From Treponemataceae bacterium (lineage in GTDB: Bacteria; Spirochaetota; Spirochaetia; Treponematales; Rectinemataceae): a stretch of 11,545 nucleotides of DNA. Under the pieces are notes generated by a model that saw only the letters and a list, made by a program, of their open reading frames with translations, made no database searches and was not told the DNA's origin. Below are positions 6,781 to 11,545 of this stretch, piece by piece. The stretch is from positions 1-11,545 of the forward strand of contig CAXXGJ010000009.1 in assembly GCA_963677895.2 (NCBI GenBank), read 5' to 3'. How positions within the stretch are numbered: position 1 is the stretch's first letter; each line of letters opens with the position of its first letter. The position numbers were made by a program, and so were the translations under genes.

Positions 6781-7227
6781 TCAAGATGGGGAGAATTGGA
6801 CGCTTACGAAATCTTCGCTCATGAATGGATTGAGTACTTTAATTCCCCTATAGTTTTGTCCAAAATTAAAGTCTTCGGATAAAACATACTCGCAATTTGC
6901 TTTTTCGGCTGCCGCAATTATTAATGAATCCCAAAATGACAGTTGTGACAAAATGCTGATATCTATTGCCTGCTCAACTAAATCCAAATCGTTACTTACT
7001 ATTTCCATGTTATGAAAATTATGAATTATATTTTTTACGACTATCGGATCGGCTTTTAATTTATTGGACGCCACAACGTAAAACTCTTTTATTACTTGTG
7101 TAGAAATTACAGGCTGATGGGATTCCACTACCTTCTTAACTATCTTTCTTGCCAAATCCCGTTTTTCTATATTTTTTTGATCCAATGTATATACCAAGAT
7201 GTTCGTATCTATAAATATTTTAGACAC
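6781..7227 (-). CDS. vapC: PIN-domain (VapC-type) toxin; last 8 aa (VSVQFSPS) and stop codon are supplied by the IS66 right end
   Basis: Motifs IFIDTNILVY, STQVIKEFY, SFWDSLIIAAA and LSEDF show the PIN acidic residues are present, and the protein has the typical C-terminal NPF. The GTG start overlaps the antitoxin stop by 8 nt. Confidence 0.92.
   Translation of the reverse strand: MSKIFIDTNILVYTLDQKNIEKRDLARKIVKKVVESHQPVISTQVIKEFYVVASNKLKADPIVVKNIIHNFHNMEIVSNDLDLVEQAIDISILSQLSFWDSLIIAAAEKANCEYVLSEDFNFGQNYRGIKVLNPFMSEDFVSVQFSPS
6787..6807 (-). repeat. IS66 right terminal inverted repeat
   Basis: TGGGGAGAATTGGACGCTTAC, the reverse complement of IRL. Confidence 0.96.
6808..6815. repeat. Target-site duplication, right copy (GAAATCTT)
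   Basis: Identical to 4720-4727. Confidence 0.95.
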
Positions 7228-7444
7228 GATAAAGGTCCTCTCTTGTCCATGTCAAATTCTCTGAAGACACCTTCAGCGTATCCATCAAAGAAAAGGTATC
7301 ATCAAGCCATTGATCTTTTGTAGAGAGCACCGTCTGTTCTACCAATCTTCTTACCAGAACATTGAATGAGACATTATGCTTACGAGCATACTCCCTTCCC
7401 GCTTTGAGCACTTTTTCATCCATTGTAAGTGTAATATTCTTCAT
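7220..7444 (-). CDS. Ribbon-helix-helix (CopG/VapB-like) antitoxin, 74 aa
   Basis: MKNITLTMDEKVLKAGREYARKHNVSFNVLVRRLVE has the RHH pattern, and the C-terminal WTREDLY motif is typical of PIN-associated antitoxins. RBS AGGTGG precedes ATG 7444. The upstream ATG 7474 lies within the promoter. Confidence 0.88.
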   Translation of the reverse strand: MKNITLTMDEKVLKAGREYARKHNVSFNVLVRRLVEQTVLSTKDQWLDDTFSLMDTLKVSSENLTWTREDLYRV

Positions 7445-7451
7445 GACCCAC

Positions 7452-7478
7452 CTGTGTACACAGTATATGTGCACACAG
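7452..7478. promoter_or_regulatory. Putative antitoxin operator (nested palindromes)
   Basis: Perfect 12-bp palindrome CTGTGTACACAG (7452-7463) plus TGTGCACA (7468-7475). Together they form 11-bp arms (10/11 match) around the -10 box. Confidence 0.75.
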
Positions 7479-7490
7479 CATGAATGTCAA
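7462..7490 (-). promoter_or_regulatory. Near-consensus sigma70 promoter of the TA operon
   Basis: Minus strand TTGACA (7490-7485) - N17 - TATACT (7467-7462). Confidence 0.85.
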
Positions 7491-7505
7491 GATATGTTCA
7501 TCTTT

Positions 7506-8126
7506 CTATTTCAGCGCTGGACCGCGGGGTTCCAAGACCCTCAGCAGTATCCTCATATAGGATTCCATCTTCTGTTCTAGATCGTAGGTCCCCTCATGGA
7601 TGCACCAGTCGTAAACGATGCCCCTGGCGACGACAAAGAGGTAGTCGGTGGCTTCATCCGGTGACAACTCGCTCGAAAACTCGCCCCGCTCCATGCCCCT
7701 GGCGAGCACCTGCATCAGCAGCTCCTGCATGAACCTGCCTTTTTTCACGAAGATCTTGTTCTTCGTATTGTAGAGCTGGGTTATGTTCGCTAAACCGCGG
7801 TTCAGATTATAGTGCGCGTAGTACCTGAAAAAGGTGATAACCTGCTCGACGACGGACTGGCCGGTCGTGTCGGCGCTATACAGCGCGGGAGCCACTATCG
7901 TTTCGAAATATTCGTCGGCCTTCTTGAAAATATCATAGAATATTTCTTCCTTCGAATTGAAGTAATGATAGAAGGTGCCGATCGATACTCCCGCCTTTGT
8001 GGCGATCTGCTCGATCGTCGTATTCGAGAATCCCTGCTTTTCCATAAGGGAGACGGCGATGGAATAAAGGAGTGTCCGAGTCCTGTCTGCCTGAAGTTGT
8101 CGCGAAGTAGGTTCTTTCTTGATCAT
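7506..8126 (-). CDS. TetR/AcrR family transcriptional regulator
   Basis: N-terminal HTH GFSNTTIEQIATKAGVSIGTFYHYFNSKEEIF. The protein is 206 aa with a C-terminal 'GMERGEFS' TetR_C pattern. Confidence 0.95.
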   Translation of the reverse strand: MIKKEPTSRQLQADRTRTLLYSIAVSLMEKQGFSNTTIEQIATKAGVSIGTFYHYFNSKEEIFYDIFKKADEYFETIVAPALYSADTTGQSVVEQVITFFRYYAHYNLNRGLANITQLYNTKNKIFVKKGRFMQELLMQVLARGMERGEFSSELSPDEATDYLFVVARGIVYDWCIHEGTYDLEQKMESYMRILLRVLEPRGPALK

Positions 8127-8203
8127 GTTTGATTTTTCCCCAAATCGGCTGACAGAATACAGGGACGATTCCTTTTCCGTCGTATGAATTACAGCGTTAT
8201 TAC

Positions 8204-8232
8204 AGCTTAATTGCCAATGCGTCGCGTGTCAA
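8204..8232 (-). promoter_or_regulatory. Putative sigma70 promoter of tetR
   Basis: Minus strand TTGACA (8232-8227) - N17 - TAAGCT (8209-8204). Confidence 0.65.
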
Positions 8233-8241
8233 GTTTGCTAT

Positions 8242-8260
8242 TGGAATAGTACTTATTCCA
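8242..8260. promoter_or_regulatory. Palindromic candidate operator TGGAATA-N5-TATTCCA
   Basis: Perfect 7-bp arms with a 5-bp spacer, 9 bp upstream of the tetR -35 box. Confidence 0.55.
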
Positions 8261-8290
8261 GAGGGTTTTCGTATCGAGAATGAACGCGGC

Positions 8291-8322
8291 GAAGCCGGCA
8301 AGGCATTAGCCCTGCCGGCCTC
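8291..8322 (-). terminator. GC-rich hairpin after the GH4 gene (possible terminator or mRNA-stabilising stem)
   Basis: Minus strand GAGGCCGGCAGGGC-TAAT-GCCTTGCCGGCTTC forms a 14-bp stem with two G-U pairs, 23 nt after the stop. It lacks a clear U-tract. Confidence 0.5.
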
Positions 8323-8345
8323 GGGCTGTCAATGTACGGAGGTCG

Positions 8346-9767
8346 CTAGAGCTTCCAATCGGGAAGATAAGCCTTCGTGGCATCCAGCATTTTCGCGTAC
8401 AGCCGCTCGGCGTCGGCGGGTTGGGCCGTCATGAGCGGGTCGGCGACGAAGGCCGGGAAGGCCGCCCAGGCGTCGCGGGCGAGCGCCGCGCGGAGGATGG
8501 TTTCCTGGGCCAGGGCATGGGGGGCGGTGAGCGCCGCTATGGCCGGGGGAAGCGAGCCAGCGAGGACGGGGCGGACGGAGTCGCGGGAGAAAAGGGCGTT
8601 GGTTTCCACGACAGCGCCGAGCGGCAGGCCGGCGATCTGGCCGCGGTTGGGAAGGTTGACGTTGCTTACGAAGGAACCCAAGCCGAAAATAGCCTTGATC
8701 AGCTTGACGCCTTCCTCTCCCGATTTCCCGATTTCGAAACGTTCCTCGCCCGAAGCCAGGCGCGCGGCTTTCTGCCGGAGCTTGGCCGCGTTCTGGATTC
8801 TCCAGGACACCGGCGTGAGGGAGAATTTCCATGAGTGGACCGTTTCGGGATCGCGCAGATAGAATCGACCGGGCATGAACTCGGCCAGGTGGCGGTCGCC
8901 CGCGGCGGCGATCAGTCCGTAGCGCCTGAAGAGGTCGAACTTGACGCGCTCGCCCGAATCGAAGTGGGAATTGAGCCAGCCGCCGTGCTCGGCGCCTTCG
9001 TAACCTTCCTCGAAATGCTCGTCCGCGAAAGCCCGATACTCCGGGAAAAGGTCCATGCCCTTGTAGGAGGCGACGTCCAGCCAGGTGAAATGGTTTATGC
9101 CGAGGACATTCACCTCGATGTCGGCCATCGAGGCGGCGGCGGCTCCGGGCAGGGAGGCCCCGAGCCGGGCGCGCACGACTTCGGCGAGGAGTTTTCGCGT
9201 GCCGAACACTTCGTGGCAGCAGCCGAAAGCCTTGATGCCGGGGAATGTCTCGTAGAGGGCGCGCAGGCAAAGCGCCATGGGGTTCGTGTAGTTGACGACC
9301 CAGGCGTCGGGACAGCAATCCCGCACCGCCTCGGCGATAACCTGATACATGGGGATGGTCCGCAGGGCCCTCAAAAGACCGCCTGGACCGGCCGTGTCGC
9401 CCACCGATTGGTAGATGCCCAAGGCTTCGGGCGCGTGGACGTCGGAGGCCATTTCCTCGAAGCCGCCGGGCAGGATGGAGGCGACGACGACATCGGCGCC
9501 GCGCAGTGCCGAGGCCAGGCTGTCCGCCACTTCGTAGCGCCATTTCCCGACCGCGTCCTCCCTCGAGGAAAGAGAGTTTCCTATGCGGGCATTCGTTTCG
9601 GCCGCGGGTTTTTCGATATCGTAGAGGCGGAGGGTTCCGCGCAGGGCAGGCTCAGCGGCCAAATCGGCCATGAGGGTCCAGGCCCAGCCGCGCGATCCGC
9701 CGCCGATGTAGGCTATGGTGAGGTCGAGGGCGTCTATACCGTTGCCGGAATGTTCAGTTTTGTTCAT
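8346..9767 (-). CDS. lplD: Glycoside hydrolase family 4, alpha-galacturonidase (LplD-like), NAD+/Mn2+-dependent, 473 aa
   Basis: Rossmann motif IAYIGGGSRGWA, GIYQSVGDTAGPGG, VNYTNPM, active-site GCCHEVFGT (CHEV motif), GINHFTW and AAGDRHLAEF. The real start is ATG 9767 (RBS AAGGAG), which overlaps the GH105 stop as ATGA. Confidence 0.88.
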   Translation of the reverse strand: MNKTEHSGNGIDALDLTIAYIGGGSRGWAWTLMADLAAEPALRGTLRLYDIEKPAAETNARIGNSLSSREDAVGKWRYEVADSLASALRGADVVVASILPGGFEEMASDVHAPEALGIYQSVGDTAGPGGLLRALRTIPMYQVIAEAVRDCCPDAWVVNYTNPMALCLRALYETFPGIKAFGCCHEVFGTRKLLAEVVRARLGASLPGAAAASMADIEVNVLGINHFTWLDVASYKGMDLFPEYRAFADEHFEEGYEGAEHGGWLNSHFDSGERVKFDLFRRYGLIAAAGDRHLAEFMPGRFYLRDPETVHSWKFSLTPVSWRIQNAAKLRQKAARLASGEERFEIGKSGEEGVKLIKAIFGLGSFVSNVNLPNRGQIAGLPLGAVVETNALFSRDSVRPVLAGSLPPAIAALTAPHALAQETILRAALARDAWAAFPAFVADPLMTAQPADAERLYAKMLDATKAYLPDWKL

Positions 9768-10822
9768 TTTTTCGCTCCTTGCGCCTTTTCTTCGGACGTG
9801 GCCCTTTCGAGGATGGCGGAGAGGAAGCTGAGGGCCAGTCCCTGTCCCCAGCCCTGCAGGCGCTTCCTGGGCACGCGGCAGTAATCCTCCACGCTCGCCA
9901 TGACGGCCGTGCCCGCGGACACGTTCCGAACGCCGCCTTTCGCGTCGATGTTGGCCAGGAGGCCTGCATATGCTTTCGCGGCGCGCGCGGCGTGGAGCGG
10001 GTAGTCGTAGAGAACCATCGCGGCGCCGATCCCGGCCGAGGCCGACACTTCCTCGTAGGATCGGGAATCGTCCAGGATCGTATGCCATAGCCCCGATTCG
10101 CCCTGCAGGCGCGCGAGCGCGGCGAGCTGGTCGCGGAGGGAGCCGTCGATGGCCATGAACTCCGGATACATGTAGTTTATCTGTTTGAGCGCGCTGGCCA
10201 TCGTGTAGGCCGCCCAGGCGTTTGCCCGCGCCCAGCGCTGGCCGGAAAGATGGCTTTTCGTCCTGTCGTCGTAGGCGTGGAAATAGAGGTCTGTTTCCGG
10301 GTCCTGGAGGAATTCCTCGTGCCAGCCATACTGGGCCAGGGCGTCCGCCACGAGCTCCTTGTCGCCCAGCTTCATCCCCGCGCGCAGCATGAAGAGCGCG
10401 GCCATGAAAAGCGTGTCCGCCCAGGCCTGGCCCGGAAAGTCGTTGCCGGCGGAAACCGTGTGCTGGAGCACTCCGTCGCCGAAGCGGAGGGCGTCCTTTT
10501 TGAGATACGCGATCTTTTTTTCGGCGAGGGCGAGGTATTTCTTGTCGCCCGTCGCGTCGTGCAGGTCGAGCAGGCAATGGCCCATGGCCATCGCGTTGAT
10601 CATGAAAGGGGGGAGGCCGAGTTCCATGTAGCCGTCCACCCAGGCGGCGAGCTTTTCCATGTACTCGATCTTGCCCGTCACCCGCCAGGCCTGGCCCACG
10701 CCGTAAAAAGCCACGCCGCCCGGCCAGTCCCAGCGGAAATCCATGGCGAGGGTCCTGTCGACGACGAGATCTATCGTGCTTTCCAGTTCGGCGCGGTCTA
10801 TGGAATCCAGCGGATTGCCCAT
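9764..10822 (-). CDS. yesR: GH105 unsaturated rhamnogalacturonyl hydrolase (YesR-like)
   Basis: RTLAMDFRWDWPGGVAFYG, QAWADTLFMA, WARANAW, DGSLRDQL, SGLWHTILDD..SY.EVSASAGI, VSAGTAVM and QGWGQGLAL closely follow B. subtilis YesR as I recall it. RBS AAGGAG. Confidence 0.9.
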   Translation of the reverse strand: MGNPLDSIDRAELESTIDLVVDRTLAMDFRWDWPGGVAFYGVGQAWRVTGKIEYMEKLAAWVDGYMELGLPPFMINAMAMGHCLLDLHDATGDKKYLALAEKKIAYLKKDALRFGDGVLQHTVSAGNDFPGQAWADTLFMAALFMLRAGMKLGDKELVADALAQYGWHEEFLQDPETDLYFHAYDDRTKSHLSGQRWARANAWAAYTMASALKQINYMYPEFMAIDGSLRDQLAALARLQGESGLWHTILDDSRSYEEVSASAGIGAAMVLYDYPLHAARAAKAYAGLLANIDAKGGVRNVSAGTAVMASVEDYCRVPRKRLQGWGQGLALSFLSAILERATSEEKAQGAKK

Positions 10823-10896
10823 GGTGTAAACTCCTTATGGCGCGGCGTCCGGTTCAAGCAATGCCGCGCGACTCCCGGTTCGGCGTCCCCCGCGGT

Positions 10897-11544
10897 TCAG
10901 CCCTTCAGCCCGGTGGTGGCGATACCCTGAACCAGGAAGCGCTGGAACGCGATGAACAAGGCTATCACGGGGAGGATGCTTAGGAAAGACATGGCGAAAA
11001 TGGCGCCCCAGTCCGTCAGCCCCGACGGGTCGGCGAAAGAACGCAGCGCGACGGACAGCGTATAGCGCTTGGGGTCGTTCAGATAGATCAGGGGCGAGAA
11101 AAAGTCGTTCCATGTCCAATAAAAGGAGAAGATCGACGCGGTGAAGAGCACGGGCTTCAGGAGAGGGAGATGGACCGACACGAATATGCGCCCGAGGCCG
11201 CAGCCGTCGATTTCCGCCGCCTCGTCCAGTTCCCGGGGGATGCCGCGCAGGAACTGCACGAACATGAAGATGAAGAAGGCCTGGCCGAAAAGCCTGGGAA
11301 CGACGAGGGGCAGATAGCTGTTCACCCAGCCGATCTTGCTGAAAACGATGTACTGGGGAATGATCTGGATCTGGGGCGGTATCATCATGGTGACGAGCAT
11401 GCAGGCGAAAAGAAAGTTCTTGCCCCTGAAGCGGATGCGCGCGAAGCCGAAGCCCACTAGGGCCGAGGAGACTATGGTGAAAATGACGGCCAGCAGGGTA
11501 TAGACGATCGAATTGCGGTAGTACACGGCGAAGGAGGTACCGCC
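10897..11544 (-). CDS. Carbohydrate ABC transporter permease (MalG/YesQ-like), 5'-truncated by window edge
   Basis: EAA loop IPRELDEAAEIDG, GFGFARIRFRGK, WTWNDFFSPLIYL and C-terminal FQRFLVQGIATTGLKG. The frame stays open to the window end. Confidence 0.93.
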   Translation of the reverse strand, partial: GGTSFAVYYRNSIVYTLLAVIFTIVSSALVGFGFARIRFRGKNFLFACMLVTMMIPPQIQIIPQYIVFSKIGWVNSYLPLVVPRLFGQAFFIFMFVQFLRGIPRELDEAAEIDGCGLGRIFVSVHLPLLKPVLFTASIFSFYWTWNDFFSPLIYLNDPKRYTLSVALRSFADPSGLTDWGAIFAMSFLSILPVIALFIAFQRFLVQGIATTGLKG

Positions 11545-11545
11545 G

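Larger units (their letters stand above)
4728..6807 (+). mobile_element. IS66-family insertion sequence, 2080 bp, tnpB+tnpC (no tnpA)
   Basis: Begins GTAAGCG and ends CGCTTAC (IS66-type termini). It has perfect 21-bp terminal IRs, an 8-bp TSD GAAATCTT on both sides, and encodes IS66 TnpB and TnpC. GC is lower than in the flanking operons. Confidence 0.97.

Noticed and set aside
9768..10577. 270-aa N-terminal extension of the GH4 ORF (743-aa call in the ORF track)
   Set aside because: It is an Arg/Pro/Gly-rich off-frame read of the GH105 gene. The real GH4 begins at ATG 9767 with an RBS and an ATGA overlap.
10840..10869. GC-rich inverted repeat in the permease-GH105 spacer (possible REP or processing stem)
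   Set aside because: The arms are short, there is a mismatch on the transcribed strand, and the background is very GC-rich. No second copy occurs in the window.
1..11545. CRISPR array, tRNA/rRNA, or riboswitch
   Set aside because: No regularly spaced repeats or recognisable structural RNA motifs were seen. Intergenic spaces are short and explained by promoters and terminators. An Rfam/Infernal scan of 8127-8345 would be the decisive check.

Overview
This window comes from a GC-rich bacterial genome and has four blocks. (1) 1-4643 (+): the end of a tightly coupled redox operon. It holds a partial FAD-linked oxidase-type gene, a 2x[4Fe-4S]/CCG-domain Fe-S protein, a second divergent VAO/GlcD-fold flavoprotein and a SauS-like CoA-acylating aldehyde dehydrogenase, followed by a bidirectional terminator. 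(2) 4728-6807: a complete 2080-bp IS66-family element with perfect 21-bp terminal inverted repeats and an 8-bp target duplication (GAAATCTT). It carries tnpB and tnpC but no tnpA. (3) 6781-8260 (-): an AT-rich RHH-antitoxin/PIN (VapC) toxin pair with a consensus sigma70 promoter and operator palindrome, preceded by a TetR regulator. The IS66 inserted exactly between the toxin's last sense codon and its stop codon, adding 8 residues and separating the TA operon from its terminator. (4) 8346-11545 (-): a pectin/rhamnogalacturonan module of an ABC permease (partial), a YesR-like GH105 and a CHEV-motif GH4 alpha-galacturonidase. The best candidate for an undescribed system is the flavoprotein/CCG Fe-S/acylating-ALDH operon, whose substrate cannot be assigned from sequence. 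No rRNA, tRNA or CRISPR array was seen. Family assignments come from motif recognition and memory, not database searches.
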